From the NCBI GenBank assembly GCA_963920595.1, contig OY986948.1, forward strand, positions 3,968,001 to 4,032,000: a DNA stretch of 64,000 bases, given 5' to 3'. The DNA comes from Eimeria praecox (Eukaryota). Made by a program: the position numbers and the translations under genes. The notes under the pieces were generated by a model, which saw nothing but the letters and a program-made list of their open reading frames with translations, did not search any database and was not told the origin of the DNA. Shown piece after piece: positions 36,094-49,800 of this stretch. Each line of letters starts with the position of its first letter. The stretch's first letter is position 1.

Positions 36094-36789
36094 ATGGGTG
36101 CCGCCTGTGGCAAAAACAAGGCAAAAGAGCCCAAGAGGGCAGATCCCAAAGAACTGGAAGAGAAGAAGCGAAAGGAAGAGGAGGAAAAGGCTGCTGCAGA
36201 GGCCGCAGCTAGGGAAGCCGACCAGCGAGCCAAGGCGGAGGCAGCGCGGGCTGAGGCGGCGGCAGCAGAAGCCAAAGCACGTGAGGAAGAAGAAAAGGCG
36301 AAAGCAGAGCAGGAGGCAGCAGCAGAAGCTGCTGCTGCTGCTGCTGCTGCAGAACAAGCTCGCAAGGCCGAGGAGGAGGCGCGGCGTCAGGAGGAGGAGG
36401 AGAGGAAAGCCGCTGAAGAACAACAGAAGGCTCAAGAACAAGCTAAAGAACCAGAAGTCGCAGAGAATGCCGCTGATGAGCAAGCTACTGAGCAGCCACA
36501 AGAGCCGCAAATCGTTGAAAAAGAGAAGCAGCCCGTAGTTGAAGACATTGCAAGCGAGGCTACCATGGAAACGTCTCGCCCCATGCGTAAAGTATCAGAA
36601 CCTGACCACGGAGCCGCTCAAGCAGGTCGCAAAGCACGTACAATCACCCCTTGTGATATGACAGCTGTGGATGAAACCAGCATGTACGTTAGCAAGCGCT
36701 GTGGCTGCGACATCGGGGCCGAGCACAACGAGAACTCGTGCCCCATTTGCCGCTGCATAGACCTTTCGGACGCTCCTCTCCTGAACTAA
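36094..36789 (+). CDS. GAP45: Glideosome-associated protein 45 (231 aa, single exon)
   Basis: N-terminal MGAAC acylation motif, an E/K/A coiled coil, and the characteristic C-terminus TPCDMTAVDETSMYVSKRCGCDIGAEHNENSCPICRCIDLSDAPLLN. Confidence 0.95.
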   Translation: MGAACGKNKAKEPKRADPKELEEKKRKEEEEKAAAEAAAREADQRAKAEAARAEAAAAEAKAREEEEKAKAEQEAAAEAAAAAAAAEQARKAEEEARRQEEEERKAAEEQQKAQEQAKEPEVAENAADEQATEQPQEPQIVEKEKQPVVEDIASEATMETSRPMRKVSEPDHGAAQAGRKARTITPCDMTAVDETSMYVSKRCGCDIGAEHNENSCPICRCIDLSDAPLLN

Positions 36790-37377
36790 ATGACCAAGGC
36801 CCTGAGCCGGTGAATGGGTCGAAGGAGGGAGTGCAGGGGGAGGAGGCCTATGCTGCCATTTCATCTTGGAGCAGCGGCATATGCGTGACAGATATCTTGC
36901 CCGTATTCTTCCCCCCAGTGCCTACTTGGCTTTGGGTGGGCGAAGGGACTTTTTAGTGCGTAAAGGGGCCGCAGAACTTGCATCTGCAAGTGCGCCCGTT
37001 GCCGTGGCAACGGGCGAAAAGGCCACAGCATCGGCAAGCGGTTCTCTGCACAGATGCAACTTATAGCGAATTCGTGCAGCTAGTTTTACAGACCGCCAGA
37101 AAGAAATCCTTAATACTTCAGTGTCTGAATACTTCGTATACTACGAGAACTACTGTACGTTTCAGTGCCACCTAAGCGACAGATGCATTTGATGGACACT
37201 GTGATCTTATCCACAAATACCATTTTGAAGGACAATAAAAACTAGGTCCACAAAAAAACAGTGAAGTCAAATTAACTTCAATAAAGATCTGCCAGACGCT
37301 GTGCGCGTAAGTCCCCGCATAAGTGTACTGGTGTTAGCCATCACATTGGTGGAAGCTGCTGCTGGTTGATGCGGTCT

Positions 37378-39548
37378 TTAATAGATATTCCACAAATTCT
37401 CAAACTCCGCACAGAGGCTGCTACAGCAAACCTGAGCGAAGCACCACACTATCCTTTCACCCACACGCTTACAATCGCTGGATGCAGCGACCCACTGCTC
37501 CCCTCTATCCACTCCAGCACGAACGTGTGTAGCGGACACGGCACGCAGCCACTGGCAGCAGAAGACCGCCGACCCCTTAAGGATTCAGGGTACTGTGCAG
37601 CTTCTTCATGGGCAGTGCTGTTCTCACCGCTGCACTCAATCCGCATGGGGCGATGGAAATGCATTCTTCGGCGAGTTCGCTATTAGCGGCTGCGCGCAGC
37701 CCAAGGACAAGGGAAAAAAATCAATTGCAATGGGTAAAATTGCAGCAATCAGGCATTGGCCCATGGAAGTAAAGTGAAAGAAATGAAAGAGAAATGGCGG
37801 GGAAGGAACACAGATTACTCACTGGGGTTGGCATGGGCAACCGCGCCTACAAGAAACAATACAGGGTTCTCCGTGTGCTGAAATTGCTGCACAAACTCTT
37901 CGAGATCTACAGGGCGACCTTTCGAAGAAAATGCTGTGAGAACGCAAAAAGAACAAAAGCAGCGACCGTGAACCTATTCTGCCTCCTGTTTCACCAGGCA
38001 GCCCGCACATGTCACCGCCTGTGTGCTTCCCGACTAGCTAAGCAAACAAAACGAACTGCAGAAAAAACCTGTCCTATGAAACTTGTATCAGACACCCTTC
38101 TGGGAGCTCAGCCATCCACAGGCTGCTGCAAAAGCAACATCGTTGTATTCAGTTTACAGATGGTACCATGAGCGTATGTCGGGTCTACCAGGCGGCTCAC
38201 CGATCTTCCGGGAACCGACGGGAAGGAAGAGATTCGGGTCATTCTTCGTTATCTGCGCTAAAAGGAGCCAGATCACAACAAGCTATGGGGCTTCACCTCT
38301 GCTAATTCACCCATTCAACTTCCTAAGGCAACTGCAGGTGTACCGACGGGCAATAAGGAAGGTGATGCCGGTTTGCTGGCGTGGCCACTCACTTGCAAAA
38401 GGGTCACATTCTTCTCCACCGCGCGGATCCGACGGGTGTGCAAAAGATTTACTTAAGTGAAAAAACACCAGGAAGCCGGCCCGCAACACATGCGCACGCG
38501 CAACAAGCACCCCATCATTATGGCAGATTGAAATCGGAAACTTCCGTCAGCACAAGTTACAAGCCGCCTTAGTCAGCTGTTAACTGGCTATAACTTAAAT
38601 GATCGCACTGCGCGTACAAGCATCTTGACTTGATGACTTCAAGTGTGAAGGCTGCAGCTGTTCTTGAGCCTCACCCATAAGCTTCCTGAATTCTTCGTAG
38701 GTCGACGGCACTCTCAGTTGTGGATGAACTTCAATCAGTTGCCTATCCCGGGTTCTGATGAACACGCACAAACGACCGGCCTGAAACACAACAACAAGCG
38801 CCACACCAACTCACCAGCCCCCCATCTGAGCATGCTTAGGGCTACTCTTTGAGATGCTTTTTAGTAAGACAAAACGATTAAGCAACAGAAGTTGCAGGAT
38901 AAGAGCTGCAAGGGCTGAGCTGGCCGAACATCCACTACGGGCTGCAGCGTACCTTGTTTAGAGGAGACTCTTGTAAAGCCAACAGACAATGGTGAACTAT
39001 ATCAGGCCGCACATCCTGAACAAAACAGCATACCATCGACTGATCCCAAAATGAGGAAACATTTTTGGGTCATTCGACGGCGTGCCGTGCTGGCGGGTCC
39101 CTATGAGAGCTACCACTCCCTACAAAGAAGCCGCCCCCAAACTAACCATGACGTATTTACATGTATTATTCCTACTGCTACTGTTTCCGCTCTTGCTGAT
39201 CCTGGATCATGGGATATGTACGCCATGAGGGCGCCTGCAGAATGTTGGTAGCTTGCTCACTGTGCTATCTCTGTCTTCTTGTTGCAGCAGCTTGCGGTGT
39301 TGGAGGCCTTCAAGGAGTTGAAGAGAGCCTTGGCGTCCCTTAGCGAGTTCCAGTACGCTGCATCAGACCGCCGACGCCTGACAAGGCCGCGTGCATTGCA
39401 ACACTGTTAGGGTGCAGGGTTCCAGGGTCTAGTGTTTCGCTGAGTTCGCCTGCTGAGCTTACGCATCTTCGAGCAAGACGACAACTTTGCGCCCCTGGAG
39501 ACGATCTGCTCGCTTGACTTCGGCTCTGGGTACCGCTGGTTCAAACAT
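37378..39548 (-). CDS. EMG1: 18S rRNA pseudouridine methyltransferase EMG1/NEP1 (SPOUT family), 8 exons
   Basis: Phase-consistent exons give KVVVLLEDAVLEL..., [31 protein letters not shown]...LIEVHPQLRVPSTYEEFRKLMVNLLHTRRIRA..., FLVGAVAH..., ISIAPCGLSAAVCCSSLCAEFENLWNIY*. These are the NEP1 signature blocks in the expected order. Confidence 0.93.
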
Positions 39549-40760
39549 TGTATAACAGCTGCTGCCGCCGTTGCCGCTGTCGATGCTACTCTTTCGTGAC
39601 CCACAAAAACAAAGGACATCTAAATCCTTGTACTTCTCATGCTAAACCCATCACAAGGAAATGCAAGTGTAAGCCTTGTATGGAGGCCAAGTAACGAATC
39701 GATGTCACTCACGGAAGAGGGTGCGGGTCAGTCTTTACTGCCGGGCAGTACAGGCTAGAAACTATGAGAAAATGTGTAAAGTGGCAAAATCCACCAAGAT
39801 TAAAACGAGACAAACGAGACTAATTATTCCAGCAAATGCACCCTACAAGTAATAACAAGGCTTCTATGTTTACCGCTTGGGGCTGGAGGTGTACTGAACA
39901 ACTCTCTACGCTACCACTACTAGTCGGGCCTGCGCATACCCTGTTCAGGGGTACTCTCGCGATATATAAGCTAGCCTTAGCCTAGTAGCCTTTAAACAAC
40001 CTTACAATATCAAATAATAGCCTCTCATTTGTATCGGTGTCCCAATCCCTGTAAAGGAGGATGTGTGATACTCACACTAATCCCCACACTGACCCCTTGC
40101 GTGTTAGCGGCTCGGCTACCGTGCCACTCTCAACCTGCCCCAAACAGAGGAAAACGCTCTTGGCCTCATATGGGTATCTACTGTCTAACTCTGATAAGTT
40201 TATTTCTAACAGTATATTATTTGTTTTGTTTCTCCGGTAACTCTCTAGAGGTCCAACTTGAGTACCATTGTAGTGCAGGCGAGGACCTCGCAGCAGGAGC
40301 TCCACGGGGAAGAACACTGTTTATCTACAGAAGTTGGGTTTCTCCTTAGTAATGCCATTTGTATTTTTCCACAGTCGTTCCAATAAAGTTTTAGGCCTAG
40401 TTAGTGTCTGCACATGAAGAATGCGTTCGTTTGATAAATGCGCCCACAACTCTAGAGAATTAGAGCCACCACTACCTAAGACTTGAAAAAAAGCTGGGAT
40501 GAAAACCGGGGGATGAATGCAATGCATATTGGGTCCCGGCAACCCCTAATTTTTTCCTGGGTGAGTGAGAACCGCTGCGGGGAATCACAGCGTAGCATTG
40601 TAGCTTGCTCTGCGCGATGTTGGTGCTCGTGCGCCCACTTGATCAACTGCGGAGGATCCAGTAGATGCTTAAAGGCAGTTTACCTTACTGTATACAATGC
40701 CATCGCATGCAGAAGATGGATATTGGTTGTGCGTCCATGTGAAACTGTCTTGCGGCATTA

Positions 40761-43700
40761 GCAGCAGCAAGGTGCGCTGAAGCTCATGACAGGCGGCTTG
40801 TCTTTGCCCCTGTCAGCACAGGCCCATGGGCTGCTGTGCTCAGAGCGCTGGGGGGCTGAAGGGGAGATGAGCTGCTTTGTGGGGACGCTTTCTTTAAGTC
40901 CTCAAATCTACTGGAGCTCATGACGGTGTTCGTCGCGAATACCCTAGGAGCCGTTGTGTGCTCCAGCATTTTGGCCTACCGCCCACAGCGGCCCAAGGGC
41001 GTGCAGTTGGTGGGGGCAGGGGCAGGCTTGCCATGGGCGGCAGCGCACCTTGCTGCATCTATTGCTGCAAGGCAGTTACACATACCAGTGTAGCCAGTGC
41101 CCGATTGCTGCACGCGATAGCATTTTAAGCTGTAGTGTAGACTGTCTAAAACACACTTACTTGATCCTCTGTCGTCAGCGTGCGAGTTGGGATGCGAGAA
41201 CCAACTTGAGGCAGAGCATGTTATATTTAGGATGAATCAGCAACTACTTTCCCTAATCTGGCTCATAAGCCCTCAACTAAAAATCCGCCAGCAGCGTCGA
41301 AATGCAAGTCACTGCCGCCTAAGCGTTCGGAGCGAAGACCAACAGGGAGACACGGGGGGCCGGCCGCACAGCTGACAGGGGCCATAAGAATTCAGCGAAA
41401 AAAAGCTAAAAATTTGGTAGTTTTGTCCATTACAGTTCATTGCGTTAGTAACTTCGTATCCTGTGGAAATATCGCAGCAGAAATAAGCTGCTGCAGTCTT
41501 TGCAGCCAGCACTGAGGCCTCCCTGCGCCCTGCCATCGGCATGCAGTAATTAGGGAAATAACTATCCTGCATTACATTTTATTATTAAGGCATTTTCAGT
41601 AAGATTCACTAGAGATCTTTTGAGAAGGGAATGGAGGGGGCTGCCGCCAGTGTTCAAGGAGGCGGCCGGGCGGTCTCGTTCCAGGCGAACCAGTGGGTCG
41701 GAAGGGTCTGTGCGTATTACCTTTGTTCACAAGTTTTCAGTGAAATGCAAGAAAGAGAGAGTTTCACGAGAAGGATACCCCAGGCACTTGATTTTACTTG
41801 TGCTTTGTGGCTCCCTAAGCACGCTTAATTAGGCACCTTAGGCGGTGCCTAAGGCCACCTCGTGCGCAAGGCCGCAGCAGACTCGGGTGACCTCTTGAAT
41901 ACGGGAGTTTTCACGGTACGAATAGGGAAAGAAAATCTTCAACTCATATATTTATCTAATTCTAGTAGAATACACAGCCAGGTAGGACATCGTGCATTCT
42001 CCGCAGAACCGGAAGGATTCAGCACTGATTTTGGAATCAGCACAAGACTCTTGCGCGTCTCTCCATGACAAAGGATGGCTGGAAAATGGTTCTTTGGCTG
42101 TATCCTCGTACTCATATGCGGCTGTTTAGGTGAGTTAGCTGCCCCAAACCTCACCAGCTCCCCTGCCATTTGCAATTTTGCTGTATCCTGCTGTGGTTCT
42201 ACTGCTCTGCAATAGACTGCGCAACAAGCCCCTGATATATTCCTCAAGCTCCTGTCTCCTTGGGCGTTTAATGTGCAGCTGCTGCAGGCCAACCAGCGAG
42301 ACCGCTTTTTATTAAGTTCGGAGGTAGGGTATTGGTTCTCCTTCGGTTTTCGTCTACGGTTATTACGCACAGTAAAGCCCTTACACTTGTCTGTCCAGGC
42401 AATTAAGAGCTTTTATGAAGGACGCCAATTGGTGAACTGATTAAATGTGTTTAGGGTGTTCGAAGCCCCCGTTCTTTCCTCAAGCGTCGATACTGGCTTA
42501 CCGGCAGCACTTGCTGGCGAACCTTATGCACGTGTTTCGCTTACGCCATCCCGTTGACACTATCGGCGGGCCCCAGGTGATGGCGGCCTGCGCACAGGCC
42601 GCGGCTCTTCTAGACGCTTACCGCAGCGTCCGCTCGGCTTATTTAGGCTACCATATGCAGCACGATCCCCACGCTGGGATGTCTGAAGACAGCGCCGCCT
42701 GGATGGCGGGGCGCTTCAACCTCATGCTGCAGGAAGACCAGGCAGTTGCCAATGACAAAAATGTGCGGAAGGGGCTGAAATGGTGTATTGAATCAGGTAC
42801 TGCAGGCAAATCTTTCCGGGGGGAACAATTGGGGCCCTAGCCCTTCTAGGCTGAATAATGCATGTTGCATAGCACGGCTGTTCATAGTGACTGCCTATGG
42901 GCGGGCCATGAACGTTTTCTCTACATCAAAACAATTGCATGCGTGTGTCCTTGAACTGTTCTGTCCTGTGAAGCCCTAGTTGTTCAGCGGATCCTGTCTC
43001 AGCGGGCTCATACGGATGTCAACGAAAGTCCTGCATCTCCTGGGAATGCCTTCAATAACTTACTCGACGCATCACGCACTGCAGGTGCTTCGCACACACG
43101 CCGAATTACTCAGTATCTCCTATCGAGATGCCGTGATGAGTCAAAAGAAACGTCCGCTCAAGTTTATGCCTGGGCAGCTCTCAGCGTCGGGGTTGCAGAA
43201 ACCTTCTTCAGAGGCCAACTGGCTTGCACCATCAATGCACAAGAAAGCTCGGAAATTGACCTTGGTCTTGTTAAAGCTGCGTTATCAATAAGCTGGGGGA
43301 GGATGGAAGCAGAGGAAGTCCTAGAGCCCCATGCACTACTCGTGCAGGCCGTAAGTAGCATCAGCAAGAGCAAGCTGCTAACGGACTCTGACAAGAAGCG
43401 CGTGGAGAAAAACTGCTCTATGATTGGCAAGCCACAAATGCAACCGTTTTGGCCCTTTGATAAGGATCCACAGCACTTGGATGAGGCTCTTCTCTCCATG
43501 TACTCGGTTCCTTCAAGCGGAGACAGTGAGGCGGGTCATGGCGAAGAGGGCAGTGGCAATCAGGAACCCCGTCCAGAACCACACGCGCATTCTGGCAGCA
43601 GTGTGCATCCAGATGACCCCAGAGGCCCTGTTAACGAAGGTGCAGGTGCGTTGAGCCTCCCTCATTTTCCTGCGTCTTTTTAGGAACATACATTTCAAAG

Positions 43701-44550
43701 TGTGAGATAAAGTTTCTTCGTGTCTGCATTCTGGAAAGTTGTTCGTCTGCGTTGATGCTCAGATCCAAGCGGCGAGCAACCTTATCCGCGAGGTCAGCCA
43801 CCTCCACCCCCTCCCCCAACCCATCGAGGAAAACCTCCTTTAGAGGCCATGGAGGAAGAACGTCCACATCAATCTACTGCTGTAGTATCCCAAGAGAATC
43901 ACGAGGAGCAAGCACCTCAACATGAGACTGACGAGGCACCAGTTCCTACGCAGGAGGAACAAGCACAACCACAGGAAGCCGAAGAGGGGCCTCCAGTGCC
44001 GCCTCCTCATGAAGAGAATCAACCAAGTGCTGAAGACCACAATAAGGAGGAGGTTGAAGACAAGCCTCCATCAGGGCTTATTGCTCCAGTGATTCTCGCC
44101 AACCATGATGACCATGAATTGCCCAAGCCAAAGCCGCCCTCTCCACCGCCAGGCCACGAGAATCCCCCTGATGCACCATCGAAAGAGCCCGAACTGGAGC
44201 CAAATGAGAAGCTAAGTGATCAGTCTGGAGCACATCCTTCCCCAGTTCCGATCGTTCAAGAGCATTCCGACGGAAATATTGACGAAACGCAACGGCAGCG
44301 TAAACTGCCTGAACGCATCAGCATTGGCTCCGCAAGCAGTCGCTTTCCGGTAAAGCTCGGAAATGACAGAAAGCCGGGACTTAAACGCTCCCCTTCAGAC
44401 GAATACAAAGCCCACAGAGAAATAAAGCCCACATCGAAAGGGTCGCAGCTCTACAGTCACCGACTCCTAGCAGGGACAGCTTCAGATTCAGTTGCCGAAG
44501 GCGGTTCTCCAAGTCTACCCGGGAGCCCGCGTCGTAGGGCGTCCACTTAG
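40761..44550 (+). pseudogene. Multi-exon hypothetical gene with intact 3' exons (Pro/Glu-rich C-terminus) and in-frame stops in putative 5' exons
   Basis: Exons at ~42577-42796, ~43085-43639 and ~43763-44550 splice in phase into one open frame. Upstream exon-like frames carry TGA 40857, TAA 41826, TAA 41850 and TAG 42127. A shorter functional gene starting near 42580 is an alternative reading. Confidence 0.45.
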
Positions 44551-46840
44551 ACCAGTTATAACCAAGGAACATAAACGGCCTAAGCGCCCTGGAATTGAGT
44601 TGAAAAGTGTTGTTCGCGCCTACCTCTTCTTCTGAGGCCAGAATAGAGGAGGATGCCAGTGCTTTTGATGTGAGAAGAATGCCAATTTAGCATTCATCTG
44701 AAAGCCTGCGTCTGGCCCTAAAGAGGCAGCATTTCCAAGGGACGGCCAGTGGTATTCGATTACTTTTGCGCAGGGCACTTCCTCAACAGCTGTGCGCATA
44801 CTTATCCGTCCTTTATCGAGTCAATTCTATCATGCCTGTGAGCCATACAAGCATCAACTTCGCTCTGCAGGAGAACGCGATGGAATACCCGACAGCTCAG
44901 CTACCATGGGCACAGCAGAAATGACTCCAATGGCGGCAACCAAGGGAAGCGCCGAACAGTGCGAAGCAAGTATCCGATGCTGGCACTATTTTTCCTCATA
45001 AGATTATTGTTTTAAACTCTGGATGGAACATTGGCAAGTCCGAGCTCGACGCACTTGCATCGAAAATTACCTTTCAGGTTTCTGGAGACGGAATCCTACA
45101 CTGAATTACCATAAATATACGCTGGTGCAAGCCGGACCATTCCGGGGGAACAGAGCATATTCGTCGGAGATGCAACGAGCCTCGTAGTGGCCGTGATGAT
45201 AGTTACATACTCCCACCAAACGTTACTTATTAAACAGCATGAATTGAATGGTTTTACCTGTGCTTGCTTGTTCTGCTGCAATCAGTTCACACTGTTAAGT
45301 TTTCACTGTGCTAGACTACGAAAGGTGCATCGTGCTTCTCATTACACACGGCCTTTGCAATTTACCGAGGAGGAAATCAAACTCAGCATATTTCATACCT
45401 TATGTATTGCTGATGCAAGCAGTTTGCGTGCTTAGGCCTATTTCAAACATTGAGTTTAACCTCTTAGGCGCCACAGGGCAAGTGAAAAGCGAGCAGCATT
45501 GGCAGACGTTGAGACGCATAGTACCGTGCCCTTGCTCTTCATAAGGATATCATTCACCGTTTACGTCTACCACGCCCACAGCGGTATTGCCCAGACGGCA
45601 GAGCAAGCACGCAATTTTCCGGGTGGCGCTCAGAGAGGGGCCCGTTGTGTCAAGCTGTGCTGCAAACGATGCGTTTCGACTGTGTGCATTCAACTTGTTG
45701 CATCATGATTCCGATGTTGCCCGTGTGCATAAGTGCCATACACGAATCTTCGAGCAAAGCGTAAGCACAGATCTGGTTCTGGCCTTTAAGCTTTCGGCTC
45801 GATTGATCTGCACAAGCTTAATTAGACTCTCTGAAACTGAGACAAGCAGCTGCCTTTTTAGGATGATCACACCCTCTCACATTTTGTTTCTCGTTTACTT
45901 CAGGTATCAGCCCTGTGCTCAAAAGACAGCCATCACGCAGCACTTTTCATCACCGGTGGCACCCGGATGCAACTCGTATGTGGACTTTACTCGGAATGTT
46001 CTTGCTGAAGCCTTAACCAAGGCATGGGGGGATGCGTACTTATTTGCTTGAATCTTCCTCTGTGGCAGCAGGCTTGTGCTAAACCGTCGTTTTTAGCTCA
46101 GCACAGATGTGAGTTTTACGGAAACAAGTACCTGAAAGCACTCGCATCGTGCATATGCGTCCCTGTGATCTTCTTGGAAACACGTCATCTCCATTCATTA
46201 CATTCAAAAATCCACTTTACCGCCTTAATGCAAGCGCGCTCTTTCTCGGCCGCTCCAGGCTATGGGCTACTCGGGGCCTCAGCAGTAGCAACCCGCTGTG
46301 GTAAAAGCTCACATTAAACGAAATGTACAGGAATTGTGGATAAGAATATTTAGACCCGTTGACCACTTATTTGATGCTTGGAGGCTGACCATATAACCTG
46401 AGGGGTAATTCAGCTGTAGTGGCATCTCCTGCATCAGGGTCACTCGGGCGAGGGGAATTGTGCCGCGGCATGCAAAGATGTGTGGCCTGGGGCCGCAGCC
46501 GTTGCGTTGCCTTTCTACAACCTTAGAGCCACTGAAAATATCATATATTGTGTCTTAAGAGCCCCCATCTTGAGGGCTTTCGGGAACGGGAGTCTGCCCG
46601 CTTCCAGTCACCATAGCCTGCAGCTTGGCTTACACAGGCGTGCTAGACCCCTTCTCGCTGGTACTTCGAATGCATAGGAGCGCAATACCTTCTTAGAAGC
46701 TTTTATACCTTCTTGGGTCTAGAGAGCCACTGTACACTCATTTGTGGCTCATTGTGGAACACTCGTCTGTTAGCTGCCTTGCCGTAGCGACAGCTCAGTT
46801 GCGGTACGCCTCCCCCACATCTCCCAACAAACATGACAAA

Positions 46841-49800
46841 ATGGACGGACTGCAGCGGCAGCTAAAATACCCACCATGGACTGCAGAGGCTGCCCAACTT
46901 CGACCTCCTCATAACGCCCTGTGCTCCCCGGCTGCCCTCCCGCGGTTCACTGGAGCTGCGGCGACTGCAAATGCAGTCGTTGCTGAGGGCTGCAAAAGGA
47001 CTCTCCGCTCACGCGGCAGACTGATCCCTCCCAACTCTCAGGAATCTTCTCGGCTGGAAGCATCTGCCTTTTGCGACCGTGCTCCTCCCACACAAACCTT
47101 AACACAGCAACGGCAACGCCAAAGTGGCATGCCACAGTCACAAGCCACAACAGTCAGCTGCCGTAGCCATGGATACCGCCTCTTTCCCTTCCTCACCAGG
47201 TATCTCCTTAATAGAGCCTACTTCTGGAGCAACGCTAGCTCATATACTGTCTTCCACTCTTTTTTGTAATAGAAGTGTGCGATGCTTCAGCACCGCTCCA
47301 GGGTACCACCTTGAGAGGATTTACGTCTCTCCAGCTTCGCATCTCTTGTCTTCGGCAAAGTCTTTGGGTGAGATGTGTGCTATTTGGTTTGAAGGTCCTG
47401 CTCCTCACCAGAGGTCAACGCGAAGGACGAAACAGGCGCGATATATCCTGCTGTGGGACGGGGTTCTCTGCAACCTACCAGACAGTCGAAAGCGAGCCTC
47501 ATCCCAGAAAATATGACCTCTTCGTTATTCGGAGGTCCAATAGCTCCACTGCCTCTTTTTGACTCCCGCGCAGCAGCAGCAACTGCTGCCTCGTGCTGTA
47601 CGCATGCAGCAACAGCAGACGCTGCCAGCCCAAGGCGATGGGCTGGGAAGGCGCTTGTTAGTAGCAGCTGCAAGGGAAGCGCTAAAGCAAAAAATAAGCA
47701 CGCGATCAATGGGAATTCGTTTCAGAGGCTGAAAGGGAAATTGCAAAAGAGCAGCGAGCTAGGGTCACTTAGCCCTTGGCAGACGACACATGAAAACACA
47801 ACAGGAGAATACGAAACCGCAGCCGAAACAGCACAGGACAGCGAAAGGCTCGGACAGACAAAAGCTGTGGGGTGCACAGCCTCTCCAAAGGCTATTGAAG
47901 CGTATTCAATACCTCTTCGTTCCTGGAGCCCCTCAGGAAGCCCATCAGCCTCCCCAGGGTCCAACGCAAAACACCAACGCTCGCTGCATGCAGCCACAAA
48001 ACGCGAGCCCTGCACTGACTCAAGCAACTTTTCCTGCAGCGCTCCAGATGCTGAAATAGAAGAGGAGAATCTGGCACAGCCGATAACCCCCACAGAAAGC
48101 CCAGAGACAACTGAAACCCCCGTACGGACAAAAACCGCACAGTCGGTCAATGCCCACAGCCTCACCTACCCCAGCGCACCTTTCATCTCCTGAGCTTGAA
48201 CAGCTGCGCATGCCGCTTAAATGCATAAGACGCACTGCCGGTTTCTGTTATAGCAATGCATTTGCCGTGCATCTGCGTGAGGCAGAGGTACGGCATCTGC
48301 GTTCGCTTAGGGAGAGCAAGACACGCGTCACGTGGCTAGCAAGACTATGCTGGGTCTGAAGCAACGACCGGATGAAAGTTCTTTGCCATTTATTCCCTTA
48401 CCGGGGGGCCTTCATGCCTCTACGCAACGTCAGGAGGCACGGCTAGCTCCCACACAGCACTATCTTCTTGCTGTTGAAGCGCCTGTTTTGAGCATTAACG
48501 AGGCACCCAAGAGCTTTCCCTGCGTTCAAGCTTGTGTTGCACCGACTTGTACGCTTATACTGATGAATCATAGTGTGTGCTTGACCCTCCAATAGCCATC
48601 TGTGTGTCTCTGTGATTGCAGCTGTCGACAACAACCTTGAGAGATTTGAAGGGATGCTTGAGCCGATTGTAAAGCTTCTGGTTGCCAAGAGTGTTGAGCA
48701 GGCTGTGGAGGAGGCAAAGCAGGAGCAGCAGCTGCTTACGCTGCATAAGCGAAGGCAACAGCTGCTGCAGCATCAACAGCAGAAGCTACTTGAGCTGGAA
48801 CAACACGAAGCACGCAGGCACCTACAGGCACAGCAAGCTATACGCAACCAACTCATTGTGTGAGTAAAAACACATGAACTAATTAAAGGGGGGGTCCGGG
48901 CTGGTAGCGTGGCCAGTGGAAAAATGCCTGCATCTTACAGCCCTCTCGTAAAACTTGGATTTAAGGAGGAACAGGCAGTCTGCATGGCTTACGACACCTG
49001 CAGTGAGCGGGAGATCATATGCTTACAGGAAGGAACATGAAACTCAACTCTGGCGTCGCTTGTGGGTAGCGCACATCGGCACAACGTTGCTAGATGAAAA
49101 CTCTTTTGAAAAGATCGTGGACCAGCTGGACGAGGTATGGTGTGGTACTAAAACGTTTTTCCAACACTGTTCGTCACGACTGCACATGTTCCCGCAACCA
49201 GCCAGTGTGCAGGGACCTGCATCATAGAACGTTTAATACAGTTGCACTGTGGTTGCAGGAGAGCTCATTCGTATCTTCAGCTGATATCGTTCCGGGCGAG
49301 TTCCTGGCTGAAGTCGCCAAGGCCGCTTCTGCCGAGCTTCAGAAACGGAAGGTAAGGAGAGGTGCAGACCTAAAACTTTAATTGTTGAACAAATTCAAAG
49401 GCGTGTAACTGTCCCAGACTAGCTTGATTTTTGTAGGAAACTTGCCTACTTGGTGACTGTCCTTCCATTCAATACGATTGACTAAGGCAAACTGTGGACA
49501 GGCAAATGTGTTGTCGCTGACAACTGGGTTCCCTTGGGTCAAATATAATGTACTTGCTTACTCCCCCAGATGCGCACACCAGCCAACTCAGCTGAGGTTG
49601 GCATACGAAATTAAAGAGCCGAAATAGCCGCAGTTCATGTTGAAGGATTAGGGTACTCCCCTTCAAGCGGCAGGAGCTGTGGTTCGTATTTTAAGCTCTT
49701 CTTAGATACGTTGAAGCATCACTGAGCTGCGTGGAACTGCGTTAATATTTAGGATATCGGCGACGAGCTGGTGAAATGGTGGTTAAACGCAGAAGCGGTG

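Noticed and set aside
35944..36538. Leu/Ser-rich antisense and Arg-rich alternative-frame ORFs over GAP45
   Set aside because: Shadow ORFs of a low-complexity coiled-coil gene.
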